Source of the DNA: Podarcis bocagei
Taxonomy: Eukaryota
Length of the DNA stretch: 64,000 bases
Assembly (NCBI GenBank): GCA_964188305.1
Contig: OZ076890.1
Strand: one strand, 5' to 3'
The position numbers and the translations under genes were made by a program. The notes beneath the pieces were generated by a model. That model was not told where the DNA came from. It saw nothing but the letters and a program-made list of their open reading frames with translations, and did no database searches. Below, piece after piece: positions 11,984 through 23,857 of this stretch; the stretch's first letter is position 1, and each line of letters starts with the position of its first letter.

Positions 11984-12130
11984 TCATAGAATTGTATGGT
12001 TGGAAAGGGGTCCTGGGATTCATCAAGTCCAGCCCCTGCAATGCAGGAATCCTGCCCACCGCTGTCCCAGGGTGGGCTCAAACCACCAACCTTCTGGTTA
12101 ACAGCCAGATGCACTGACCCATTATGCAAT
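11984..12130 (-). mobile_element. SINE with tRNA-Asn(GTT)-derived head and CR1-type 3' tail
   Basis: - strand ggctgttaaccagaaggttggtggtttgagcccaccctgggac resembles tRNA-Asn. It ends ttccaaccatacaattctatga like CR1 3' ends. Confidence 0.8.
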
Positions 12131-12172
12131 TGTTTTAAAATTACTGGTTTTATATTTTAATTTTTTAATGTA

Positions 12173-12530
12173 CCGTATATACTTGAGTATAAGCTGACCC
12201 GAATATAAGCCAAGGCACCTAATTTTACCACAAAAAAAACTGGGAAAATTTATTAGCTCGAGTATAAGCCAGTTCACCACACCACAAACCTCCTGATGGG
12301 CCGGAGTGTGTGTAGATGGCGACTAACAGGCAAACAAGCAGAAAACTGACAGTGGCAAAGGCGGAGGAGTAAGGAGCAGCCAGAAAGGGCTGCTTTCAGG
12401 CTGCTCATTCCTCCGCCGCCGCCGTCTCTGACAGTGGCAAAGGGGACCCTCACTCGAGTATAAGCCAAGGAGAGCTTTTTCAGCATAAAAAATGTGCTGG
12501 AAAGGTCGGCTTATACACGAGTATATATGG
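12173..12530. mobile_element. Tc1/mariner-superfamily (Tc2/pogo-like) MITE, 358 bp
   Basis: TIRs CCGTATATACTTGAGTATAAGC / GCTTATACACGAGTATATATGG, TA TSD on both sides, internal CTCGAGTATAAGCC repeats. Confidence 0.88.
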
Positions 12531-13068
12531 TAACTTGCTGTTTGGTTTTTATATTGCTTTTGTAAACTGCTTGGGTCTGTCTTTTTGAAGTAAGCAGTAT
12601 ATAAATTTGTTAAATAAATTAATATTGTGCCACTTCAGGTAATTATGTTGCCTGACTGTGGCAGCCAGCATTGTAGCAGGTAACATAAGACATGGGAGGA
12701 AATGGTAATCAAGACATATGAATGGGACCATTCATATGGCTTGAACTGAAATCTGTCCACTACATGAAGATGTTTTCAGGTTGTCCAAGTTAAAACTAAA
12801 GGCTTGTTGTTGTTTTTAAAGGGAATCACTCACTTGCTTATTGTAACAGTAATATAACTATTCATATATCTATCTGTTCACATTGTTCTTCGTCTTTAGA
12901 CTTAGAGGAATGGCCTAGTTCCTTGTCTAACACAACTTGTTCAAGTGCATGTCCATGTTATGATATCTAACGATAAGCACATGTGTGTCCATGCCTGATC
13001 TAAAGTAGTGGTGCTATTTGTCACTGCAGCCTTAGAGTTATTTTAATTCACACTATGCTGTCTTTTAG

Positions 13069-13169
13069 GCACACAATCTGCCTAGTTGCCCTATTCTGAA
13101 GAGTTTCATGGAACTGATCGAGCAGAGGGCTATAGACTCACTCCTTTATATCACAAAATCGAATTTAAG
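13069..13169 (+). CDS. ACP6: ACP6 coding exon 7 ([21 protein letters not shown]...)
   Basis: tcttttag| acceptor, AG|gtgagc donor. Confidence 0.93.
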
Positions 13170-13430
13170 GTGAGCAGTCCCAGGGATGGTATGGGTGGTA
13201 AGCCTGGGGATATCTGCAAGACAAAACACAGGATCACTCTTCTGTTTTAAAACATGGACTTCTTGTACAGACAAGTCATGTGTGTCCCTGCTAGCCAGGA
13301 ACCTTTACTTTTAAACCTGCTCCTGTTCCAATTAAGTTCTGCCAGTTATCTAGAACTGTTAAAAGATGTTGCAACTCTTGTTAGAAACATTTTTTTAAAA
13401 ATTGATCTGTTTTGTTATATTTCTGACTAG

Positions 13431-13526
13431 AGAGACTCTCAAGATGTCAGTTGGTCCTCTACTCAATATAATAGAGAAGAACATTAAGGCGGCAATGAAC
13501 CCTTCCTCTCCTGAAATCAAGGCCAG
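13431..13526 (+). CDS. ACP6: ACP6 coding exon 8 (ETLKMSVGPLLNIIEKNIKAAMNP...)
   Basis: ttctgactag| acceptor, AG|gtatgt donor. Confidence 0.92.
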
Positions 13527-13977
13527 GTATGTAGATTATTGGTATTTACGGTCTTGGCAGAACATCCCATTGAGCAGCATCTACAAGCTAAAAACATTAA
13601 AAGGGGAAATGGGACAAATCAAGGGCAGCCGGAGTTGATGGAACAGTGACAATTGCATCATTTAAGATTTGTGTATATATTTTTAACTGGGTAAAGGTGA
13701 CTTGTAAATATCCTAACTTTAAACGGGAGTTATGTAGAACTTGGCTCACAAAAGCAGTTTCATATAAACAAATACCAACTAGGTGCTCGCATGTGGAAGA
13801 CAGAACAAAAAGCAGAGGAAGGAATGCTATTACCCTGATAATTCTCAATTTAGCTTATTACATCTACCAACTGACTTGAGATTCAGTGTAAATGGAAAAT
13901 GCAGCTGCAATGGCTGCTATACACAATGTATGTCATCAGCAAGACTGAATTATTGGTCACTTCTTCTTTTATTTTAG

Positions 13978-14137
13978 AAAGCTTGCTCTGTATGCTATTC
14001 ATGATGTTACCCTCTTCCCACTGCTACTGGCTCTGGGGGTCTTTGATTCCAAGTGGCCTCCATACGCAGCAGACATGACAATAGAACTTTACCAGCGTTC
14101 CAAGGACTGGTTTATACGGCTGCTCTACAATGGAGAG
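13978..14137 (+). CDS. ACP6: ACP6 coding exon 9 ([16 protein letters not shown]...WPPYAAD...YNGE)
   Basis: ttttattttag| acceptor, HD catalytic motif, GAG|gtagga donor. Confidence 0.95.
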
Positions 14138-14379
14138 GTAGGAGACTCCATGGTGATGATGTTACACATATAAATGGGACCTCAAGTGAGATTTGGGCAG
14201 GAGACAAATTCCATACTCTAGCTTGCACAACATCTAAATACAAAGGCTGTTAACAGATAAATCACTGAATCTGGAATGCGGGGATCGTATACCTGTTTCA
14301 AGCTAACTTTTGGTAACTTTTAAAGCAACTCTCTTCTCTTTGCAAGGCTGGCAGTAGTGATGCTGTATGTCAGGATATC

Positions 14380-14480
14380 AGGACTCTGGCCCTCTAGTTG
14401 TTACTTGACTACAAATCCCATCATCTCTGATCACTGACTGGTATTATTAGGAGTCTAATAGAATCTGGAGGACCACAAAG
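14380..14480. mobile_element. Degenerate hAT MITE remnant in ACP6 intron 9
   Basis: gactacaaatcccatcatc core shared with the 6317 copy. Confidence 0.5.
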
Positions 14481-14568
14481 TGTACAAGATATTTTTGTTT
14501 GCCCAAGGGCCTCTTGTAATGGCAGCTTTTTTGTGACGTAAATGTTGATTTGTCTTGTCTTTCTGCAG

Positions 14569-14682
14569 GAGCTGGTTCCAAGAGGATGCAGAGCTGGTCT
14601 CTGTCCACTGGAGGATTTTCTAAATGCCCTTTCAACTTACAGTGCTAATCCAGAGGAATATAAAATGCTTTGCTCTCAGTGA
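14569..14682 (+). CDS. ACP6: ACP6 coding exon 10 ([18 protein letters not shown]...LCSQ*)
   Basis: ctttctgcag| acceptor, C..GLCPL..F motif, TGA stop. Confidence 0.93.
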   Translation, partial: ELVPRGCRAGLCPLEDFLNALSTYSANPEEYKMLCSQ

Positions 14683-15924
14683 GAAGAGGCGTAGAACAGA
14701 TAAATGATTAGTAATACTAAAACATGATTCACAACATTTGTCTTTTCAAACGCCATAAAGAAAAGTGTCATTCACTTGTGGTTTAACTCTGCTAACAGGA
14801 CAGTTCAAGTAATGTAAAGTATAACAGGGATGAATGCTGCAGCTACATTTTGGAAATTGGGTCCCTGGCTGCGGTGAGAGTTGGTGGTGGCTTAATATCC
14901 AAAAAGTTGTTACTGTATCCCAGTTTTTCAAATTAATGGAATCTTGCAGATGGCAGCCAAGTGATGGCCCTCTGCTGACAGAAGGCATACACCAGTTAAA
15001 AGGGGAGGCAAGGCAATTTTAAATTATCCCTGCCCCTAACCAAAGCTGCTCCAAAAGATCCCAACCTGGAAACGGGGGGTTCCTGAAAATTGCCTGTCAG
15101 TAAGAGAACATTAATTGGACACCAACCACTCTGCACCTACTGCTACATTTGCTTTTGAGCTCCACTAAGACATTCAATGTGCTGAAGCTAGTGCTACTCT
15201 TTGTTTTAAGTTCCCTGTGGTCCTTTAGCAGCTAACCTGAACCACTAAACTAGTCTTTCAAAATTCTCAATTAAGGCGTTTTACTGGAGCTTAACTTTCA
15301 TTCCAGGACACCTATATATAGCCTTGCTGCTGTCAGAAGCTACAGCCATTAGCAGGGCAAAGTCTCTTTCCTTGGAACCTTCAACCAACCACTTTATTAT
15401 AATTATTGCCATATTCACTTTATAACTGAAGTGTTGCTTGATACGGCTAGGTAGGCCAGAGGTGAACTGTTGTGGAAATGCTACAGTTAGCTAAAATGCA
15501 AAAACATGGAAGTGGGCCGATAGAAGCCTGGAAAGATGTAGTTGGATACAAGCACTTTGTCAGACTGAATGCTAAAAGCAGGCAGCAATGTTAATATAAC
15601 CAACCCAAAGACAAGACAGGTGGATAGTCACTGGGTATTCAAAATGACTGTTACTTGTTGTAACAGAAGCATGTTGAATCAGATTGGTGTTGTGCCCTGT
15701 GGGTTATAGGGAATACAAATTGACGACCCGAATCAGTGCGAATGCTACAGCAACCTCTGTACCTGAAACATAGGGTTAGTAATAGTTTGCTCCCTGTAGT
15801 AAAAGGGAAATGAAACCTGGAAGAACCTGTTTTGTGTAGCTGGAGAAAACATGACACATCACAAATATGGATCTTCCAAAGGAATACTGGGGTAGGTGAG
15901 GTTAGTTGTTGAAACAGACTTGAA

Positions 15925-15930
15925 AATAAA
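15925..15930 (+). terminator. First canonical AATAAA noticed downstream of the ACP6 stop
   Basis: Sequence motif only. Nearer non-canonical signals (GATAAA ~14700, CATAAA ~14755) are also possible. Confidence 0.35.
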
Positions 15931-16516
15931 GAGGTAAGAAGTCTCAAGGTTTTTATATACAAAGGTGCTAGCTCACTGGCCCTTTCCTAATGAATGTAAA
16001 CAGATACCAAACTCATGGCTGTTCAAATATTCAGTTGATACTATGATTGTATTACAACTGATTCCGAGGAAATGGGAGTTACTACCTACAGCTTGATCAG
16101 TACTCAGGCTTTGGAGTTGGAGATCTTCATCTGAAACTTATTTTGGATTACTGAAGGTAAACATTTTACAACTTAATTCATTTTCTGGTTGCCTGACTAG
16201 AGTGGATATCTCTGTTCCTGAGCAGCTGCTCACTGCTTAGGGGATCTTCACCTGTGTGCCCATGTTAAGGCTAACTTGCCCCCATGACAAAGGTGAGACC
16301 GGTAGCACAGCCATGCCCTTCTACACCAAGATAGAGGGTGAAAGGGGTTTAAGAAGCGGCCTACCTGGTGTGCAACATAAAAACCTTATCAGAAGGATGT
16401 GATCTGAAACGCACATATGCGGCAAGCACTTTAAACCCGATACAAACAGGCATATTTAGAAGCAAGCTAGACTGTAGCAAAGGAGGAAAGAATAGCTTTT
16501 GTAAGAAACAATATAT

Positions 16517-16522
16517 TTTATT
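16517..16522 (-). terminator. Probable BCL9 polyadenylation signal (AATAAA), giving a 3'UTR of about 1.05 kb
   Basis: AATAAA on - strand followed by U/GU-rich sequence at the end of a TE-free, homopolymer-rich UTR-like stretch. Confidence 0.6.
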
Positions 16523-17554
16523 TTTCTGACACCACAGCCCTGGCAAGTGGTTTTGTACCAAATTTAATGGAGGTTACACAGAGAACGTTTTACGCTGGGG
16601 AACAAAAAAAAAGATAGCCACAAAAAAGGTCAGGATAACTTTTAGTGTCTGTTCCACTCCCACATTAATAAAGTCACCGGGGGGGGGGGTCCTACGAAAA
16701 GGAGAACGAACAGTAAGACTACTGTAGAATGTAACAGTGTCAAAGTCCAGCCTCCTCCTGAAAGTAGCAACACTCTCAGAATGAGAAGGGGCTCTCCTAC
16801 ATATACTCCCCAAAAATAATACAATGTATTGCAGCTGCCAGAGGAGGAGACAGTAAAGGGAGGGGGGGCAAGATGCCTTTTTTTTTTTTAAGAGTGGGAG
16901 GGAGAGACAAAGGTGCTCAACAGCACTCCATAATTTGAAAAATATGTCCTTAACTTATTTTTTTTTTAAGATTCCCCCTCACTGAACTTAAGTTCCTTTT
17001 GTGCTTTTCATTAATACTCTGCTCTGAGGTCGTAGTTTGGTTTTTCTATACATTGGAGTTGAAGGAAAATAGTCCAAAGTTCTGAAGATGGATTTTCCAC
17101 CTAAAAGTAAACAGCCTCTCACCCCAAAGACTAAAGTCTCTGCTAAAATCCCTTTTACAATATAGTACAGTACACAAAAATAACCCCCCCCAAAATAACC
17201 AAGAGTCCTGGGAGAAGCCAGTCCAAAGGACGTAAACATACAGAGAGAATGGTGCAACTTGTGACAAATGGCAATTCTCAAAATACAGCTACAGATTCTC
17301 AAAGCAGGTGCCATCACAGGATATCCAAGTACACAAAAATAATTTTTAAAAAATAAATTTTAAAAAAACAACCTGTTAAAATGAATTCATTTGTTTTCAG
17401 GTAATTCCATACATTCGAGATTTTCCAAAGCATCCTCTGGTCTGTTTTTTTACCTATTGCATGGCCAAACTGTGCTCCTGGAGCTCTCAGGCAGCCCTCA
17501 GGACCTGGAATCTCATCTCAACAAGGATCGAACCATCCAGTCTTATGTAGCAGC

Positions 17555-18639
17555 TTAAAACATCATGTTCCCTGGATTTCCAGGGCCTTGGCTAAATCCT
17601 CCCATTCCTACATCAGCAGCCATTCCCCGGGGTCTCATCTGTGGAGGAATCATGATGTTCTGTTGGGGTCCTATCATGCCCTGCATTGACATCATCATAC
17701 CAGGTGAACCCACAGGTCCCGGATGGCTGTAGAGCCCAGTAGGAGCGCGGTCCTTGCCTGGAATCATGCCTACTGGGTTGCTCATTAGAGTGGGCTGGCC
17801 AGGCATGGTTGGTTGTGCTGGTGACATCATCCGATGGTGAGGTCCCATCATGCCTTGTTGCAGGAAGGCAGGAGGTCTCATTGGGTTGTGACCTGGCATG
17901 GATGACGCTCCTCCAAGAGAAATATCAGGTGGGCCCCCCATGCCAGCTAACGCCAGCCCCATTCTCGGATTCTGTTCTGCCATCATTCCCTGCATGTGAG
18001 AAAACCCAGGCCCCACACCCTGTGGCTGCTTGCGGCCCGGTACTTCCCCACGAGGGAAATACTGTAGTGTCTGGCTAGGCTTCTCTGATGGAATAATCCT
18101 GGACAGGTCAAATTCTGGTATTCCAGTAGCTCCAGGGCGAATCACTTCCTGCAGCTCCGGATCGGTAAAAACTGAAGGCATGTTGTTTCCTAGGACAGTG
18201 AAAGAATCGGGTCCTCCGGGACCTCCAGACTTGCAAAGTGCGGGATCCGTTGAACTTTGGGGCATGCTGGTGGGACGTCCCAGAGGTCCCTCACCGTGGA
18301 AGCTCATTCCAGCTGGGAAGTTGCCTTGTCCTCCACTCGGTCCATTATGTGGAAATGGCACCTGCTGGGGAGGGGACTGTACTGGAGGAAACCCTTGTGG
18401 GAAGCCCAGGCGTCCTTGAGGTACCATTGGTGGATCCTGGGAACTATGACCCATCATTGGATTGTGTGACATCAGGCCAGGGACCCCATGAGGAGGTATA
18501 CTGGGTCCCATAGCATTTGGAGAGGGCATCTGGTTACTGTGAGTTAGAGGCTGCGTCATTCCCATTGGGCTAAGAGTTGGCATCGGGCCCACCTGGTTGG
18601 GACCTGAACTGCGAGGATTCTGGGGGTTAATGCCCATTC
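17555..18639 (-). CDS. BCL9: BCL9 last coding exon (…DLQEVIRPGATGIPEFDLSRIIPSEKPSQTLQYFP…NMMF*)
   Basis: ctctctag| acceptor, ORF 17555..18637, TAA stop. Confidence 0.97.
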
Positions 18640-20240
18640 CTAGAGAGAAGGGGAGGGGGGAAAGGTTAAGATTAGACCAAGTAGGTGATAATACAAAAAG
18701 CTTTCAGGAATGGCAAGTACTGCATACGTGACTTCTAATGTGGAAATGAGTGGATAGCTAAATATCTCCTTGCTATACTACAGCCTCGCATAAAATAAGG
18801 ACCACGTCAAAAGCACACCAACACAAAGAGGTTGTCCCAAATGCTGACATATTTTCGATCAGAGACCGTTGCACATACTGGAATCTCTCAATACAAAGAC
18901 AAATGTCAAAGGGGAGGTTTCATGCTGGTGAAGGTAACAACAATTGCTGAAATGAGGGAACCCTTTCCATTGTTGACTTCTCTGCCAAGGCAACCCGGTC
19001 ACACTGTAATAAGGCATGATTAAGGGTTCACATAGGACAAGGGAAGCCCCAAGTATGCCCTAGAAAACATCCACCATTTTCACCAGGGTGAATCGGAAGT
19101 ATTACGCAAGCTTAAAAAGAATGGGGGGGGGGTAACAATTTGGTCTTTTCCTTGAGGTATTCCATAGGTGACTGATACAACAGCAGAACAATGGAATTTA
19201 ACCCTTCTCTAGAAGGGAAAACAATGCAAGTTTACTCCAAATCCTTCTGCAAGAAGCCACTAAAGGAGAAGGCAGTTATAGGAAAGGTCTCCAGGAATAA
19301 CATTGCCTACAAAAAGAGGGGGTCCAGAACAGAGGCAGAGTGTGTCATTCTGGAGTTGCTTGGCACAGCTAAGCTCCAAATCTTCCACAACCATCTCACT
19401 ACATTTTACTGTTGTAGGATTCTAGTCACTTGAACCGATTTATCTCACTATTTCCATCAGGTTGGTTAAAAGAGCCAAGGTGTGCCTTTTCAAAATAGAA
19501 GTACTACCACCTAAAGTCTAACCATCCTGGAACCTGAATCAAGATCCTGGACACACTTAATCTAAGCCTCAACACCTTTCTGTGAAGAAGAGAAGTTGTC
19601 ACTCTTCTAAGTCAGCTTGACATAAACTCAACAGCTTTTAAAACTCTTAATCCAATTGGAGTCAAACAAAATCTGACATTATTTCTCACTTCCTTGGGTA
19701 GAACTTGTTTCTGGGTTCTAAGAAAGACCCAACTGAAACAGCCACAAGCAAGTCACAGAACACACTACATCAATATCAGAATGATTCTTAGACTGGTAAG
19801 TAGCTCTCATGTAAGCTATGATAAAACGTGATCACTTGAGACACACAGAGACATAATCCCTAGTCTTTTTTCACAAATTACACTTGGTGTAATAGTTTGC
19901 GCTATACTTGCAAGTCAAAATGCTCCATTTTCAATGTGGATAACTACTGTTGGAAAGTTAAAACTGAAAAAAGAGAGAAGGATATGATAATTTATGTAAC
20001 CGCCTACATCAGCAGCCTCCTGCCAAACACTTGGGTTAAGTTACACAGGCTGTTTGCTGCCCCCACCTTAAGCTGTCCATCCTAGGTGAGTAGTTCCTGA
20101 CAACTCAATTTCAGTGAGGCTATTTCAGTGTGTCACTGTTTTGCCACATGCAAGTTGCAATTTCATTAGCTTCTCCCTATGATATTCTCCAAACCACATG
20201 CTACCAGCCACAGCACACCTATACAGCATTTGTTTCTTAC

Positions 20241-20501
20241 CCGAAAGATTGTTCATAGGTGGCAGGTTTGGGGAACGTGCTGGAGGAGAGTCATCATCTG
20301 AGGAAGCTACAGTCTTGATAGCATCATGGTAGAGTGGAGTAGAACTGGGCATTGCAAACTTGGACATCCGGGACATCATGATGGAGAGAGGATTTTGAGA
20401 CAGAGTAGGCTCTGGGGGCATTGTGTATGGACTGCTAGACGGAAGATTTCCAGGAAGAGTCACAGGAGCAGCCTGGCTAACCGTTGAAGGGGGTGCACCA
20501 C
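20241..20501 (-). CDS. BCL9: BCL9 coding exon 6 (…EPTLSQNPLSIMMSRMSKFAMPSSTPLYHDAIKTVASSDDDSPP…)
   Basis: tttatttag| acceptor, G|gtaaga donor, highly conserved BCL9/BCL9L motif. Confidence 0.96.
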
Positions 20502-23500
20502 CTAAATAAATAAATACAAGTTAGCCTTTAACAACTAGTTACCTTGCCTAGAATACTTTGGAAGTTTCACTCAACAGCTTTCTGTTGGGTCTGGGTTAAA
20601 TGCCAATTTGACCATATGAAACTTATTTATATCCAATAATATCACTGGTTAATCTGGCCCTGTATTACTGACTACTCTGATTGGCAGCAGCTGTCCTCAG
20701 GCAGAGCGCTTTCCCCCAGCCCTGAAAAAGGGAACTGTGCCCCTGCTTCGCTCCCTCACCCCTCTCTCATGCATACCACAGTACATCAATACCACAAGGC
20801 AACATAATCAGGCTGTCTGCAGTTTATTTCGTGTTTCATTCTCTATGACACAAACGTTACCCTACACTATATGCAACAGGAAGTTCATTTTCAGCCACAC
20901 ACAAGGACAACACTTGTGTACCACAAAGTCCAGGTATCTGAGGACAACCAAGCCTTCAAGATGCTGTGACACTCTTACATTGGACCAAGAGGGTTCTGAC
21001 TTAAGAGGCATCAATCATAATCCCACAAGTTCACCCCAACTGGCTTCTCTGCCAATATACCAAATGCTCAGAGAAAAGCACACATCCCTATAAGGAGTGG
21101 ACTTTGGTTCCCTCTTGAATCCACTAAAACTACTGTATTGCAATGAAGTTGTTGTGAGCTGTCCCGTGTGGTAGGCACTAAAAGCGTAGGATATAAAATT
21201 TTAAATAAATAAATCTTTGGGACAATAGCAAGCCATAACAGCAATAGCAACTACACAGCCCTGTCCATCAATGGTCTTTCTGCATAAATGAAGCTTGAGT
21301 GTGTGTACATCAGGGACTAGATCTACTTTCTCCTGCTAACACTAGTCCCATAAGTACTTACAAGGATGGTACTATAATCTGCAGTTATGCACGAAATACA
21401 CTGTATTACCATAAACTGAATTTCAGACCTTGTTACAAAATAATTATATGAATCAAGGTATTCAGACAAATCAACCAAGAGGAAGAACTAATGAAATAAC
21501 TGCAGGAAAGGGAAGAGGAGAGGCTATTTTCATACTGGATCCTTCAAGCCATTTGCTTTTTGAGAGCCCAGGTGTCAGAATCTCAACAAAATGCTACTTT
21601 CCCTGCTAAATCCCAGTTTCTCAGCAATCTGGACAGTTCATTATCATCACAACTGCTAGAAAAAACTATTTTACACCCAGCAAATGCAACTACTATGCCT
21701 GGTTTTGTGTGTGCAGAACACCAGAATCTCTCAAGACTAGAATGACAGGCACTAACTGGATAATGCCCCTTGACATCCCTACCAGCCATAGTAGCTCCAA
21801 ACATCCATGCATGCTTCATGCCATTCAGCAATGCCTGCTGCTGAGACAAAGGAGGGAGGACCTGGCTCACAGAGAGACCAGGAAGAGAGCAAGTGCCTTT
21901 AAAAAAAGGCTCAATTTCATAAATACAACTAATAGTGGAGAGAAAAACTTGCCTGTGCAAAAATGTACACCCTCCAGTTACCTAATGGTTGGAATCCCAA
22001 CAAACAGAACAGTTACCCTGTGATGCATATATGAAGCAAAGCTGAACAGCTTGGGAGAGTTCAGAAGTTTAAACGCTATTATTAAATGTGCTGTTTCACA
22101 TAAGAGCACTAACCAGCTTACTAAAAGTTCCATTTCTTATTCAACAATGCACCATGAGCTATCACTGCGTATTTTTAACACATGTCAGACAAGGTCAACG
22201 TTTTCCACTGTCAACCCAAGTCTCTCAAGCAAGATTTCATTCCAATTGTGATGGAATGAAATCAGGAGTGTCTGGATTTGTCTGCAGACAGAAGAAATGG
22301 CAGTGACTATGCATTGGCTGCAAATCCAGCTACCATCAACCAAAGCATCAAGTTGACAAGAGTGGAGGCGGAGAGAAACTTGTTCCAAATCTAATGTTTT
22401 TCAATTCGGTCTCAAATGCTATTCTATAGTTTCAGAGTTATTTCTAACTCTTACTGAGTTTTATCAAAATGTAACTTAGATAATGTGTACTATTTGTCTA
22501 GAATAAAGTGTATGTAGGTCCCAATAAACCTAAGAATGTTTTATCACAGTAAAACCCATTGGAGAGCTGGGCCTCAGAGCTACAGAACTCCCAAAAGAGG
22601 GGTGGGGAAAAGCATGCCATTGCAGTGATTACTCTGAAACAGTAGAGGGCAATGCAGTCAAAGTGTTGTCTTGGTTGCCTTCCTAATTCCTGGAATAATG
22701 TGATTTCACAGACTGAAGAGCTCCCAAGGCTGGCTCCATCAAACAACTGCATGCAAACATTGCACACCTGGGGACTTCCTTTATTAGAACCTTGCAGGAT
22801 GAGAACAGCCAGTTGACTTTAAGCTATAAATCTGAAAGATTCAATGAGACTTGCAATTCTGTAGGGCAAACAGGACCATGTGAAGCAAGAGAGGGGCTTA
22901 TATTTTGTGTAAAGGCAAAAACCATTGCAGAAATCAGCTGGGCATCTGCCTAAAAACCATTCACAGCCAAATCTGTGATCTAATGTTTAACCAACTTCCT
23001 CCCAGGAGGGATCTGTGAAGCCAAGCAAGACACAAAGTTTACCAAATGCTGTTTACCATCTGAATTGTTCGGCGAGGACAACCCTTCACAAAATGTCATT
23101 GTTTCAGGAATTTATATGCAATAATCCTTACAATACAAAAATACTACAGGAACCAGCTTGTGATATGCAAGGGAGCTGGTTCTAAGTTTCCATGGGAGGA
23201 ACTCTCAAATCTGCAACAAATTTGCTTCAGAACAAGGCAAAGGAGTTTACTTTTCCCCCTTCTCACATCTATCCCACTTTGGCATACAAGGTTGGATCCA
23301 GACATGCATGCCCTTCTGAGAAACATCTCAGATCCAGCAGAGGTTCCTGCTGGAGGAAAGGAGAGCAATTTTTGAAGTTACCCCCCCTGAGGCCTCCAAC
23401 AACACTTCCCATGGTGTTTCAGAAGGTCCCTCAACTCCCTAGTAGCTACAGAAGGAACTGCCTCTATAGCAGAGTGTTCTGCAAATAGAACTCAATTTAC

Positions 23501-23857
23501 CCAACACACAATACACTAGTAATCACTCCAAGTCTACCCTGTTTCAACCTAGCCTGTATACAAAAGACTATGTTTCTAAGCTAGTGAGAGTAATCAGTTT
23601 GTGCATCCATCTCTTCACAGTTCAATTAAATTATGTCCATACATCAACTAGTACTATGACAATATCTTTACAGACCCTGATCTTGTGCCCAACATAAAGC
23701 AGTTTAGGAGCAGAAAGGTAACAAGCTAGCCTGCCAAGTCTGGTGCATCAGGTTGTAATTAAAAGGAATCAGAGCAGAATTTGTTTAAAAGAAAGGTAGC
23801 ACCTTAGTGATTATATAGTGAAGAAAAAGGATGGTAGGGAAAGTGAGCACAACTGAC

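Larger units (their letters stand above)
1270..14682 (+). other. ACP6: ACP6 gene span (start codon to stop), 10 coding exons, spliced CDS 1239 nt / 412 aa
   Basis: Exons 204+129+131+80+88+136+101+96+160+114 nt join in frame at GT/AG sites. Histidine acid phosphatase motifs RHGARTP and HD are present. Convergent with BCL9 as in human. Confidence 0.96.

Noticed and set aside
12057-12130. Functional tRNA-Asn gene
   Set aside because: Acceptor stem and T-loop (GGTTTGAG) are degenerate, there is no poly-T terminator, and it is fused to a CR1-like tail. It is a SINE head.
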